64,000 bases of DNA, taken from Candidatus Saccharimonadota bacterium. GTDB lineage: Bacteria > Patescibacteriota > Saccharimonadia > Saccharimonadales > JAXHMH01. The notes under the pieces are model-generated. The model ran no database searches, had not been told where the DNA came from, and was given only the letters and a program-made list of their open reading frames with translations. Position 1 is the first letter of the stretch, and each line of letters opens with the position of its first letter. A program made the translations under genes and the position numbers. Location of the stretch: positions 64,485-128,484 of the forward strand of contig JAXHMH010000004.1 of the NCBI GenBank assembly GCA_034521515.1, read 5' to 3'. Of the stretch, positions 31,315-40,866 are shown in pieces.

Positions 31315-31946
31315 TGGGACAAAAAGTAAATCCAATTAGCATGCGCCTCCAAGTGACTAAAAACTGGCGAAGTAAATGGTTTGCCAATAAACGTGACTAC
31401 GCAAAAGTCCTTACCCAGGATCTAAAAGTTCGTAAAATGATTCAAGACAAACTAGGATCACGGGCGGCAATTAATACTGTTGATATAGAACGCTCGCCTA
31501 ACCTTGTATCGGTTACTATCAGTACTGCTAAGGCAGGAGTAGTGATTGGACGCGGTGGTGTGGGTGCACAAGAGCTAAAAACAGCAATTGAAAAAGTGTT
31601 TAACATTCCAGCTCGAGTAAACATTGAAGAAGTTAAAAAACCTGAGCTGCATGCAAAACTAGTAGCCGAAAACATTGCACATCAATTAGAACGACGAATA
31701 TCGTTCCGTCGTGCTATGAAATCATCAGCAGCAGCAACTATGAGAGCTGGCGCAAAAGGAGTTCGTATTGAGTTGTCTGGGCGCCTGGGCGGTAACGAGA
31801 TGTCCCGTCGCGAAAAAGAGGTTCAAGGCAGCGTGCCACTACACACTGTACGAGCAAATATTGACTATCATGCAGCGCGTGCGCAATATCCAAATTCAGG
31901 GATCATAGGCGTGAAAGTGTGGATTTACAAAGGAGAAGCAAGCTAA
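31314..31946 (+). CDS. rpsC: 30S ribosomal protein S3
   Basis: [14 protein letters not shown] domain. Confidence 0.96.
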   Translation: MGQKVNPISMRLQVTKNWRSKWFANKRDYAKVLTQDLKVRKMIQDKLGSRAAINTVDIERSPNLVSVTISTAKAGVVIGRGGVGAQELKTAIEKVFNIPARVNIEEVKKPELHAKLVAENIAHQLERRISFRRAMKSSAAATMRAGAKGVRIELSGRLGGNEMSRREKEVQGSVPLHTVRANIDYHAARAQYPNSGIIGVKVWIYKGEAS

Positions 31947-32359
31947 TGTTAATGCCTAAGCGTACAAAATACCGCAAAATCCGTAAAGGAAAAATTCGTG
32001 GTGTCGCTACGTCGGGACACGAGATTGCCTTTGGGACGTACGCATTACAGTCTCAAGGAATGGATCGGATTACAGCTCGACAAATTGAATCTGCTCGTCA
32101 AGCGATGACACGCCATATAAAGCGCGGCGGTAAGATTTGGATCAGGATATTCCCTCATACTGCTGTCTCACGCAAACCACAGGACGTAAAAATGGGTAGT
32201 GGCAAAGGTAACCCCGAGTTTTTCGTTGCTAAGGTGCGACCAGGCACAATTTTGTTCGAGATGCAGGGAGTACCAGAAGCTACTGCTCGTGAAGCAATGA
32301 GACTAGCCGCACATAAGTTACCGATTAGAACCAAATTTCTAGTCAAGGAGGAGGCGTAA
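31946..32359 (+). CDS. rplP: 50S ribosomal protein L16
   Basis: [11 protein letters not shown]; TAATG overlap with rpsC (ORF-track start 31919 trimmed). Confidence 0.95.
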   Translation: MLMPKRTKYRKIRKGKIRGVATSGHEIAFGTYALQSQGMDRITARQIESARQAMTRHIKRGGKIWIRIFPHTAVSRKPQDVKMGSGKGNPEFFVAKVRPGTILFEMQGVPEATAREAMRLAAHKLPIRTKFLVKEEA

Positions 32360-32361
32360 CC

Positions 32362-32562
32362 ATGAAGATTATGGAAATACGTAAATTATCAACCGCTGAA
32401 TTGACTACCGAGAGTACTAAATTGCGTGATGAAATCGCTGAACTAAAGCGACGTCTTCACATGGGCGAATTACAAAATAACCGCATTATTCGTGAGAAAC
32501 GAAAAGATCTAGCTCGTATGTTGACCGTCCTCAGCGAGCAACTCACAAAGGAGAACATCTAA
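32362..32562 (+). CDS. rpmC: 50S ribosomal protein L29
   Basis: 66 aa, uL29 pattern and position. Confidence 0.9.
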   Translation: MKIMEIRKLSTAELTTESTKLRDEIAELKRRLHMGELQNNRIIREKRKDLARMLTVLSEQLTKENI

Positions 32563-32873
32563 TGGCTAAATCATTTGTTGGTGTTGTTTCGTCTGATAAA
32601 GCACATAAATCAATCGTTGTTACTGTGCAGACTCACAAAACGCACCCTATCTACAAAAAACAATATGTTTCTACAAAGAATTTTATGGCTCATGACGAGA
32701 CTAATCAGGCTAAAAAAGGTGACAAGGTTCTAATTGAAGAAACTAAACCTTTGAGTGCTCGTAAACGATTTATATTGAAAGACATTTTAAATCGCGCAGC
32801 TATACAACACACTGAAGCTTCGATCGAAGTTCCTGGCGTTGCGTCGAAAGACGAACAGGAGGAGCAAGCATGA
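32562..32873 (+). CDS. rpsQ: 30S ribosomal protein S17
   Basis: [18 protein letters not shown]; acidic C-terminal tail. Confidence 0.94.
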   Translation: MAKSFVGVVSSDKAHKSIVVTVQTHKTHPIYKKQYVSTKNFMAHDETNQAKKGDKVLIEETKPLSARKRFILKDILNRAAIQHTEASIEVPGVASKDEQEEQA

Positions 32874-33238
32874 TTTCTCAAGAATCACGTTTAGGCGTCT
32901 GCGATAACAGCGGCGCAAAAGAAATCCTTTGCATTAGAGTTCTGGGTGGCACCAAAAGGCGTTACGCTCGTGTTGGTGATACTATCGTAGCTTCAGTAAA
33001 ACAAGCCAGTCCAACAGGGAATGTCAAAAAGAAGACAGTTGTTCAAGCTGTCATTGTCCGAACTCGAGATACTATTCGACGTAAAGATGGGTCAACAATT
33101 AGATTTGATGAAAACGCTGCAGTAATAATCGGTGATGACAAACAACCAAAGGCAACCCGAATATTTGGCCCGGTACCTCGTGAGCTACGAGACAAGGGCT
33201 ACGCCAAGATAATCAGCCTAGCTCCGGAGGTACTATAA
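32870..33238 (+). CDS. rplN: 50S ribosomal protein L14
   Basis: [17 protein letters not shown]. Confidence 0.96.
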   Translation: MISQESRLGVCDNSGAKEILCIRVLGGTKRRYARVGDTIVASVKQASPTGNVKKKTVVQAVIVRTRDTIRRKDGSTIRFDENAAVIIGDDKQPKATRIFGPVPRELRDKGYAKIISLAPEVL

Positions 33239-33591
33239 TGAGTACAAAGTATAAAGTACAAAGTTCGAAGGTATATAAAATTCGATTAAAAAAAGGCGAT
33301 ACTGTAATTGTTCGTTCCGGTAAGCATAAAGGGCAAACCGGTAAAATTACAGCGGTACACCCGACTGAAAATACTGTAACGGTTGAAGGAATTAATATTG
33401 TCAAAAAACACCAAAAGCCTAACAAGGCGTATCCACAAGGCGGCATTATTGAAATAACTAAACCAATATCAGTAAGTAAGGTAGCGATGTATGACTCTGT
33501 CAATAAGAAACCGTCGCGAATTGGCTTTGAAATTGATAAAGACGGTAATAAGAAGCGTGTTCTTAAGACGTCTGGCAAGGAGGTGAAATGA
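33238..33591 (+). CDS. rplX: 50S ribosomal protein L24
   Basis: KOW motif KGDTVIVRSGKHKGQTGKI. Confidence 0.94.
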   Translation: MSTKYKVQSSKVYKIRLKKGDTVIVRSGKHKGQTGKITAVHPTENTVTVEGINIVKKHQKPNKAYPQGGIIEITKPISVSKVAMYDSVNKKPSRIGFEIDKDGNKKRVLKTSGKEVK

Positions 33592-33712
33592 TGTTTTGTT
33601 CCACCCAACATCAGGTTTTTGGTTTTAGGTTAGAGGTTATAGCTTCTATGAGCCTTCCGACACCTAGCACATACAGACTAACACCTACAAGTGACCGAAG
33701 GGAGATTGCATA

Positions 33713-34312
33713 ATGGCTGAAACTAAAGCAAAGACACCAATAGCTACTGCTCGTCTGAAACAGCAGTATAACGACACCTATGCTAGGGAACTACTAAAAG
33801 AGCTCGGTCTTAAGAACTTTAACCAGGTACCAATGTTACAGAAAATTGTTATTAACGTAGGTCTTGGGAAGGCTAAAGACGACAAAAAGGCTATAGAAGT
33901 AGCAGGCAATACAATCCGTAAAATAACCGGACAACAGCCGGTTGATACCTACGCCAAAGCTTCAATCGCAGGTTTTAAATTGCGTGAAGGAAATAAGATC
34001 GGCATAAAGGTAACTTTACGTGGCGATAAAATGTATGAATTCATGGATCGACTCATAAATATAGTGCTTCCGAGATTGCGTGACTTCCATGGCGTAAGTA
34101 CAAAATCGTTTGATAAATCTGGAAACTTTAGCTTAGGAATTCCTGACCAATCCGTTTTCCCGGAATTAACTTTTGATGAGACGACTACAACGCATGGCTT
34201 ACAGACAATATTTGTTGTTGATTGCGAAGAAGCCGCACATTCCAGGGCACTTTTAGAGAAGTTTGGTATGCCGTTTGAGAAATCTAATCAGCAAAGTAAG
34301 GGGGCTAAGTAA
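33713..34312 (+). CDS. rplE: 50S ribosomal protein L5
   Basis: 199 aa; LQKIVINVGLG, uL5 family. Confidence 0.95.
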   Translation: MAETKAKTPIATARLKQQYNDTYARELLKELGLKNFNQVPMLQKIVINVGLGKAKDDKKAIEVAGNTIRKITGQQPVDTYAKASIAGFKLREGNKIGIKVTLRGDKMYEFMDRLINIVLPRLRDFHGVSTKSFDKSGNFSLGIPDQSVFPELTFDETTTTHGLQTIFVVDCEEAAHSRALLEKFGMPFEKSNQQSKGAK

Positions 34313-34416
34313 TGAGTTTGAGCGAAATTAGCAACCAGAGCTTGAATTCATTTCAAGCCCTGCGCGATGAGAAAAACCGTAGGTTTGTTTCATGTATAGA
34401 TAAGGAGACTGAATAA
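34312..34416 (+). CDS. 34-aa micro-ORF between rplE and rpsN
   Basis: ATG 34312 overlaps the rplE stop (TAATG) and its TAA overlaps the rpsN ATG (TAATG). Peptide: [35 protein letters not shown] paralogous segment lies upstream of rplK. Confidence 0.35.
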   Translation: MSLSEISNQSLNSFQALRDEKNRRFVSCIDKETE

Positions 34417-34685
34417 TGGCCAAAAAAGCAATTGTGGCACGTGATGCCAAACGACAGAAAATGATTCAAAAGTATGCCGCCAAGCGAGCTGAATTAAAAG
34501 CTATGGGGGATCGTGAAGGTTTACATAAGCTACCTCGAAACAGCTCACCGACTCGTTGGAAGAATCGATGCGCCGAAACCGGACGTCCGCATGCTTATAT
34601 GCGTCAATTTGGTTTAAACCGAATTAGTTTTCGTGAGCACGCAAGTAAGGGAGAAATACCAGGCGTTACTAAATCAAGCTGGTAG
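34416..34685 (+). CDS. rpsN: 30S ribosomal protein S14 (long, non-zinc form)
   Basis: [15 protein letters not shown]..., ends KSSW; no CxxC pairs. Confidence 0.94.
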   Translation: MAKKAIVARDAKRQKMIQKYAAKRAELKAMGDREGLHKLPRNSSPTRWKNRCAETGRPHAYMRQFGLNRISFREHASKGEIPGVTKSSW

Positions 34686-34700
34686 GAAAGGAATAAATAT

Positions 34701-35102
34701 ATGTCAACAGTTACAACCGACCCAATCGCCGACATGCTCTCACGGATTCGTAATGCTATTGCGGTTCGCAAGACAGAAATTAACCTTCCGCATAGCAAGG
34801 TTAAACAATCAATCGCAGAACTGTTAAAAACAAACCGCTTTATTGATGATGTTAAAGTTGCTGATGCCAGCATCGGAAAGTCATTAAAAATCATGATTCA
34901 CGATGATAATTCAAATGCTCGAATCACTGAGATTGTCAGATTAAGCAAACCAGGACGGCGTTATTATGCCAGTGCAGATAAAATACCGACCGTAAAACGT
35001 GGCCGTGGACTGGTTGTTGTCAGCACCAGTAAGGGCTTAATGACCGGTCAAGACGCCAAAAAGCAAGGTGTCGGCGGCGAATTAATTTGTAAAGTTTATT
35101 AG
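34701..35102 (+). CDS. rpsH: 30S ribosomal protein S8
   Basis: DPIADMLSRIRNA. Confidence 0.95.
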   Translation: MSTVTTDPIADMLSRIRNAIAVRKTEINLPHSKVKQSIAELLKTNRFIDDVKVADASIGKSLKIMIHDDNSNARITEIVRLSKPGRRYYASADKIPTVKRGRGLVVVSTSKGLMTGQDAKKQGVGGELICKVY

Positions 35103-35213
35103 GATGTTAAGAGTTATGAGACAAGAGACAAGAGAACAAAAGATGTTTGCATCGCAAATTTCTCACTACTCGCAGTTCCCTACTCACAGCTCTATAACTG
35201 AAAGGAGTGAAAG

Positions 35214-35753
35214 ATGAGTCGAATAGGAAAACTGCCGATTGAAGTACCAACCGGCGTGACAATCACTGTCGACCAGGATAATATCACCGTTGTCGGGCCG
35301 AAAGGCACGTTAACGCAGTTTATGTTGCCCGGTATCACCGTGAAACAAATAGAAGGTCAGGTTACAGTAAACCGCGTTAATGATGAGCCACAAAATCGCA
35401 GTAAACATGGTCTCATGCGGTCGCTTATAAACAATATGATTGTCGGTGTTACCGATGGATTTGAAAAAAAGCTTGAATTAAGCGGTGTTGGCTACAGAGT
35501 ATCGGCAGCAGGTAACGATTTGAAGCTTAATATAGGCTTGTCACACGAAGTAATATATAAGATACCAAGTGAAGTAACGGCAAGCGTTGACCAGAATACA
35601 ATTACCATAAAGGGTATAAGTAAACAGCAAGTTGGACAGATTGCATCAGAAATTCGGAGCTTACGTAAACCAGAACCGTACAAAGGTAAAGGCATTAAGT
35701 ATGCAGATGAACGAATTTTACGGAAATCTGGAAAATCAGGAAAGGATAAATAA
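35214..35753 (+). CDS. rplF: 50S ribosomal protein L6
   Basis: [12 protein letters not shown]. Confidence 0.95.
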   Translation: MSRIGKLPIEVPTGVTITVDQDNITVVGPKGTLTQFMLPGITVKQIEGQVTVNRVNDEPQNRSKHGLMRSLINNMIVGVTDGFEKKLELSGVGYRVSAAGNDLKLNIGLSHEVIYKIPSEVTASVDQNTITIKGISKQQVGQIASEIRSLRKPEPYKGKGIKYADERILRKSGKSGKDK

Positions 35754-36109
35754 TGACAAGACTATCTGATAAATTACGCAACCTTTCACAGCGAAAACGA
35801 CGCGTCCGTTCTACGATCACCGGTACGGCTGAGAAGCCGCGACTCAGTGTTTTTATTAGTAACAAGCATGTATTTGCCCAGTTAATAGATGACACGTCGC
35901 ACTCCACCATTGCTGCTGCAACTACCGTCGGGCAGAAAAAGCTTACTGGTACAATGACCGAAAAGGCCGAATGGGTCGGTGAGCAAATCGCTAAAAAAGC
36001 CAAATCATCCAACGTAAAACAAGTTGTTTTTGATCGTAATGGCAGGTTATATCACGGACGCATTAAGGCATTAGCTGAGGCAGCTCGTGCAGGAGGATTG
36101 GAGTTTTAA
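35753..36109 (+). CDS. rplR: 50S ribosomal protein L18
   Basis: [21 protein letters not shown]. Confidence 0.94.
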   Translation: MTRLSDKLRNLSQRKRRVRSTITGTAEKPRLSVFISNKHVFAQLIDDTSHSTIAAATTVGQKKLTGTMTEKAEWVGEQIAKKAKSSNVKQVVFDRNGRLYHGRIKALAEAARAGGLEF

Positions 36110-36110
36110 T

Positions 36111-36710
36111 ATGATTCAAAAGCAACAAACACGTCGACAGTCAGGCCAACCGCAAGTTGAAGAGAAGCAGTTTGATGAACGTGTAGTTCATATTGATCGT
36201 GTGGCACGAGTCGTTAAGGGTGGACGTAGGTTCAGGTTCCGTGCGCTCGTGGTTATTGGTGATCACAAAGCTCAAATTGGCATTGGCGTATCAAAAGGAG
36301 CTGACGTAACTACAGCAGTGACTAAGGCTGTAGACGTCGCTAAGAAAAACTTGGTCAAGATTGCCATATATAACAACACTATACCGCACGAAGCTGAAGC
36401 AAAAGTAAGTGGTGCACATATTCTGGTCAAACCAGCAGCACCTGGTACTGGGCTGATTGCTGGTGGTGTCGTACGGATTGTTCTTGAAGTCGCAGGTATT
36501 AGTAATGCGTTATCAAAGTCACTTGGCTCGGCCAACAAAATTAACATCGCATATGCTACATTAAAAGCGCTACAAAGCATTGAGCCAGCAGAAAATTGGC
36601 ACACTACACGCTATAAACAGGAGCAAAAGGCTGATAAATCAAGCACTAAGTCAAAGACGGTTAAAACAAAGTCCACCGCAGCCACTAAGGAGAGCAAAGA
36701 TGAAGTATAA
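36111..36710 (+). CDS. rpsE: 30S ribosomal protein S5 (C-terminally extended)
   Basis: IDRVARVVKGGRRFRFRALVVIGD; ATG 36111 after SD AGGAGGA; Lys/Ser/Thr-rich tail. Confidence 0.94.
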   Translation: MIQKQQTRRQSGQPQVEEKQFDERVVHIDRVARVVKGGRRFRFRALVVIGDHKAQIGIGVSKGADVTTAVTKAVDVAKKNLVKIAIYNNTIPHEAEAKVSGAHILVKPAAPGTGLIAGGVVRIVLEVAGISNALSKSLGSANKINIAYATLKALQSIEPAENWHTTRYKQEQKADKSSTKSKTVKTKSTAATKESKDEV

Positions 36711-37167
36711 TCAATTGAATACTAAATCTCACACTAAAAAAACTCGTGCCGGACGCGGTATAGCGGCCGGACGTGGCAAAACAGCAGGACGTGGCACCAA
36801 AGGACAGAACGCCAGAACTGGTGGCGGTGTACGACCTGGATTTGAAGGTGGGCAAAATCCGCTATTGCAGCGTATTCCAAAGCTGCGTGGTTTTATATCA
36901 GCTCGTAAGGCAGCTGAAGTAGTCTACACTAACCAACTTGGATCGCTAAAGTCGAATGTTGATAATTTCACGCTTTTTGATGCAGGTTTGGTTAGTAGCC
37001 CGCATACAAAGGTAAAGCTACTGCTTAAGGGCGAGGTATCAAAGAAGTTTGATATCAAGTTACAGTCCGCAAGCAAGCAAGCTATCGAAGTAGTACAAAA
37101 GGCCGGCGGTAGTTTTACGAAAGTAGATCAAGTAAAACGACAGGCTAAACCAAAAACTACTAAGTAA
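36700..37167 (+). CDS. rplO: 50S ribosomal protein L15
   Basis: MKYNQL...GRGIAAGRGKTAGRGTKGQ; ATG 36700 (SD AAGGAG) overlaps the rpsE end, leaving no room for rpmD. Confidence 0.94.
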   Translation: MKYNQLNTKSHTKKTRAGRGIAAGRGKTAGRGTKGQNARTGGGVRPGFEGGQNPLLQRIPKLRGFISARKAAEVVYTNQLGSLKSNVDNFTLFDAGLVSSPHTKVKLLLKGEVSKKFDIKLQSASKQAIEVVQKAGGSFTKVDQVKRQAKPKTTK

Positions 37168-37259
37168 TTCTGTCGCTCCACTATAAATTGAGGAGATTGT
37201 ACGGTATCCTGTAGCGTAGAGCGAAAAAACTTAGAAAGTGTTAAGGGGTAAAACGAAAC

Positions 37260-38753
37260 ATGAACTGGAAGATTATTTGGCGGTCATTGAGAAATAGCGA
37301 CATGCGTCGCCGGGTTCTCGCTGTACTGGGTATTTTGCTGGTGTTTCGTATATTGGCACATGTACCTATACCGCTTGAAGATTCAGAGACATTGGTACAG
37401 ATACTAGAGAATCTGTTTTCTGCTGACACGCCTCAGCTACTGAGCTTTATTGATATTATTTCCGGAGGTGCATTGGCGAATTTCTCGATAATGATCGTTG
37501 GTCTTGGACCATACATTAATGCTAGCATCATTATGCAGCTCTTAACTCGCGCCATTCCAAAATTAGAGACGTTAAATAAAGAGGGTGGCTTTGGGCGCAA
37601 AAAGATCAACCAATACACTAGAATGCTAACGTTCCCATTGGCAATTATTCAGTCAATCGGTGCAATTTATTTGGTCAGGCAGGCTGCAACCCGTGTCGGA
37701 GGTATAGGCGATATCACCGCGAACACTTCGATTTTACAGTGGGTGTTGATGGTGTCAGCCCTTACTGGCGGTGCTATGTTACTTATGTGGCTTGGTGAAC
37801 TCATTACTGAACAAGGCATAGGCAATGGTATATCTTTGTTAATTACTGCCGGGATCGTGAGCCAGTTACCGGTTACTATTCAATCCATCCAGGACGCAGT
37901 GTTTCGAGGACCTGGCGATATGGAGGTCTTTGGTATAAGCCTAAATAGCGTAGAGGCTATATACGCAATGGTTATTCTAGTCGCAACAGTGCTGTTAACG
38001 GTGGGTATCGTCAAATTGAACGAATCTGCACGCAGATTAACAATTCATTATGCTAAGCGAGTACAAGGCAATCGAACTTACGGTGGAGTCACCACCACTA
38101 TGCCAATTAAGCTTATTACAGCCGGCGTAATTCCGATTATATTTGCAGTTGCTTTTTTGAGCGTGCCAAGTTTCGCTGGTCAGATATTAATCGGAATGAG
38201 TAGTGAAAGATTGCAAGTAATTGGCGAAAAGTTAAGCATTTGGTTCGCGAACCCGACCGCAGAAACATTTGCTGCTGGCGGCTGGGAACCGTTTATATAT
38301 CCTGTCACTTATTTCTTATTGGTGTTTATGTTTACCTTCTTCTATACGGGAATCACTTTTAACGCCAAAGAAATTGCCGAGAATCTACAAAAACAAGGCG
38401 GTTTTATAGAAGGTGTCCGATCAGGGTTACAGACTGAAAAGTATTTATCAAAAGTCGTAAACCGGTTGACGCTGTTTGGTGCGACAGCATTAGGCTTTAT
38501 TGCCCTTACACCGATTATTGGACAAATATTCCTGACGTCCAATATAGCAATCGGTGGAACCAGTATATTGATCTTGGTAGCTGTTGCGGTGGAAACATTG
38601 CGTTCTATAGAATCAAGAGCGCTCATGGTGACATACGATCAATACGAACAACCTGATTTCTTCACTGAAATGGAACAACGCCAGGAGGAAGAAAAAACTT
38701 CATCCCGGCGCAAGAAGGTATTATCTAAACTGCGCAGAAAAAATAAGAGCTAA
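37260..38753 (+). CDS. secY: preprotein translocase subunit SecY
   Basis: 497 aa, 10 TM; GGALANFSIMIVGLGPYINASIIMQLL. Confidence 0.96.
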   Translation: MNWKIIWRSLRNSDMRRRVLAVLGILLVFRILAHVPIPLEDSETLVQILENLFSADTPQLLSFIDIISGGALANFSIMIVGLGPYINASIIMQLLTRAIPKLETLNKEGGFGRKKINQYTRMLTFPLAIIQSIGAIYLVRQAATRVGGIGDITANTSILQWVLMVSALTGGAMLLMWLGELITEQGIGNGISLLITAGIVSQLPVTIQSIQDAVFRGPGDMEVFGISLNSVEAIYAMVILVATVLLTVGIVKLNESARRLTIHYAKRVQGNRTYGGVTTTMPIKLITAGVIPIIFAVAFLSVPSFAGQILIGMSSERLQVIGEKLSIWFANPTAETFAAGGWEPFIYPVTYFLLVFMFTFFYTGITFNAKEIAENLQKQGGFIEGVRSGLQTEKYLSKVVNRLTLFGATALGFIALTPIIGQIFLTSNIAIGGTSILILVAVAVETLRSIESRALMVTYDQYEQPDFFTEMEQRQEEEKTSSRRKKVLSKLRRKNKS

Positions 38754-38776
38754 TCTATAGACTTATGAAAAAACTC

Positions 38777-38806
38777 TTTACAGATAGACTGTCTATCTGG
38801 TAAAAT
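38777..38806 (+). promoter_or_regulatory. putative infA promoter
   Basis: TTTACA (38777-82), 18 nt, TAAAAT (38801-06); short SD-less leader. Confidence 0.35.
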
Positions 38807-38824
38807 TACTTGACGTTATATTTT

Positions 38825-39043
38825 ATGGTCAAAAATAAGGAAGTTATCGAACTAACGGGAGAAATCATCGAGGCCCTACCAGGGACTCAGTTCCGAGTCG
38901 AACTCGAAAACGGCCATCAAATTATAGCTCACGTTGCTGGAAAGATGCGGAAATATTATATCCGATTGGTTCCTGGCGACAGCGTTACCGTTGAGTTGAC
39001 CCCTTACGATCTTACGAAGGGCAGAATCACGTACCGCAAGTAA
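38825..39043 (+). CDS. infA: translation initiation factor IF-1
   Basis: [37 protein letters not shown]; ORF-track TTG 38810 trimmed to ATG 38825. Confidence 0.94.
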   Translation: MVKNKEVIELTGEIIEALPGTQFRVELENGHQIIAHVAGKMRKYYIRLVPGDSVTVELTPYDLTKGRITYRK

Positions 39044-39169
39044 TTATAAATTAAGCAGTGTGTCTTTCGTAGCTTTAGCGAAGAAGGATCCGCATTACAC
39101 AAGGAGTGTTCATGCGTGCAGCAATAAGAACAAAAGACTTGTTCTTCGTAGTCCGGAGGACAGAGTAGT

Positions 39170-39286
39170 ATGAAAGTACGTGCAAGCGTCAAAAAAATAA
39201 GTCCCGACGACAAGATTGTTCGCCGTAAGGGTCGATTATACGTTATCAATAAGATGAAGCCGAAACACAAGCAGAGGCAGGGATAA
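39170..39286 (+). CDS. rpmJ: 50S ribosomal protein L36
   Basis: Below the ORF-track cutoff: [46 protein letters not shown] upstream. Confidence 0.9.
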   Translation: MKVRASVKKISPDDKIVRRKGRLYVINKMKPKHKQRQG

Positions 39287-39410
39287 TGATGTTTCGCTTT
39301 ACTCAACATCAGTACACAGTACAAAGTACACAGTTCGCGGCTACTCCAAGCCTAACTATCAACTGTAAACTGTATACTGATCACTTTAGTGACCGAAGGG
39401 AGATTGCGTA

Positions 39411-39797
39411 ATGGCAAGAATTTCCGGTGTAACTATCCCTGATGCAAAGCAAGTCCAAGTAGCCTTGACATATGTTCACGGTATTGGTCCAAAAATCAGC
39501 CGAGATATCTTGCAGTCTGCAAAAATTGATCCGACTGTCCGCGTCAAGGATTTAACCGATAATGAACTTGGCAAAATTCAGGATGTAATTGGTGAAAAAT
39601 TTACTGTCGAGGGCGAACTACAAAGAATTGTTGTCGGCAATATTAAGCGATTAAAAGATATTAAATCGTATCGAGGGCTTCGCCATCAAGGTAGTCTTCC
39701 ATCTAGAGGTCAACGAACCCGAACCAATGCTCGAACCAGACGAGGTCGGAAGATGACAGTCGGTGGTACAACTAGAAAAGCTCCAAGTAAAACATAG
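39411..39797 (+). CDS. rpsM: 30S ribosomal protein S13
   Basis: MARISGVTIPD. Confidence 0.95.
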   Translation: MARISGVTIPDAKQVQVALTYVHGIGPKISRDILQSAKIDPTVRVKDLTDNELGKIQDVIGEKFTVEGELQRIVVGNIKRLKDIKSYRGLRHQGSLPSRGQRTRTNARTRRGRKMTVGGTTRKAPSKT

Positions 39798-39809
39798 GGA
39801 TAATTGATA

Positions 39810-40214
39810 ATGACTGAAGCAACAACCACCAAGACAACCACGAGAAAAAAGAAGATAAAGCGCAGTGTTCCTGCCGGCCAAATGCACGTTTTGGCTACGT
39901 TTAATAACACACTAATTACGTTTACCGATAAAAGCGGCGGCGCACTAACGAACTCCAGTGCGGGTAGCTGTGGTTTTCGCGGCTCCAAAAAAGGTACGGC
40001 ATACGCAGCTCAAATAGCGACGGAAAAAGCTGCACAAGCTGCGAAGCAACAGTTTGGCCTATCCAAAGTTGACGTCTATGTTCGTGGTATCGGCCTCGGC
40101 AGGGAAGCAGCCATTCGCAGCCTTACTAACGCAGACATTCAAGTAGAGTCTATTAAAGATGTAACCGGAGTACCTCACGGGGGCGTTCGCCCGCGTAAGG
40201 CGCGACGAGTATAG
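39810..40214 (+). CDS. rpsK: 30S ribosomal protein S11
   Basis: HVLATFNNTLITFTD; ATG 39810 (ORF-track TTG 39804). Confidence 0.94.
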   Translation: MTEATTTKTTTRKKKIKRSVPAGQMHVLATFNNTLITFTDKSGGALTNSSAGSCGFRGSKKGTAYAAQIATEKAAQAAKQQFGLSKVDVYVRGIGLGREAAIRSLTNADIQVESIKDVTGVPHGGVRPRKARRV

Positions 40215-40231
40215 GTTGAAAGGTTAATATT

Positions 40232-40849
40232 ATGGCAAGAGATACACAATCAATCGTCAAGATGTCACGCCGCGAGGGCTATGCATTGCACCCCAAAGCC
40301 CATAAAGCTTTGGTGAAGCGACCGACACCACCTGGCGAAACAAATACTATGGGTCGACGAAACAAACCCAGTCAATACTCTATACAATTGCGAGAAAAGC
40401 AAAAGGTCAAGCGACTATACGGTTTACTTGAGCGACAGTTCTCAAAATTAATGAAAGAAGCATCGCGCAAAAAAGGTCAATCTGGTGAGATGTTACTACA
40501 ATTACTGGAACTACGCGCTGACAATACTATATATCGGTCTGGTTTGGCGCCAAGCCGTAGAGCAGCACGCCAGCTTGTTACGCACGGCCATTTTTTACTT
40601 AATGGGCGCCGTTTCGACATCCCGTCACTTCGGGTTAAAAGCGGCGATAAGCTTGAGCTTCGGGATAAAAGTAAGACAAACGACTATTTTAAGAGCCTAG
40701 ACGATATCAGTCCTGCACCTACAGAAACCCCCAGTTGGATAAAAGTAGATCGTAAGAAGTTCACGGTTGATATAACCGGAATACCATCAAGAGAAGAAGC
40801 TGAACCAGATATAAATGAACAATTAATCGTAGAGTATTACTCACGCTAA
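40232..40849 (+). CDS. rpsD: 30S ribosomal protein S4
   Basis: 205 aa, uS4 with S4 RNA-binding domain. Confidence 0.94.
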   Translation: MARDTQSIVKMSRREGYALHPKAHKALVKRPTPPGETNTMGRRNKPSQYSIQLREKQKVKRLYGLLERQFSKLMKEASRKKGQSGEMLLQLLELRADNTIYRSGLAPSRRAARQLVTHGHFLLNGRRFDIPSLRVKSGDKLELRDKSKTNDYFKSLDDISPAPTETPSWIKVDRKKFTVDITGIPSREEAEPDINEQLIVEYYSR

Positions 40850-40866
40850 GGGAGGCAGAGGAAAAT

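Noticed and set aside
29409-32873. Possible UGA recoding (SR1/Gracilibacteria-type code 25)
   Set aside because: TGA clearly terminates rplD (ATGA overlap with rplW at 29409-12), rpsQ (32870-73) and the 3601-4419 gene, and the proteins have normal lengths. Standard code 11 applies.
39004-39324. Minus-strand 106-aa ORF between infA and rpsM
   Set aside because: It lies antisense to a clear plus-strand rpmJ (L36) with an SD, and it has Cys-rich low-complexity sequence.
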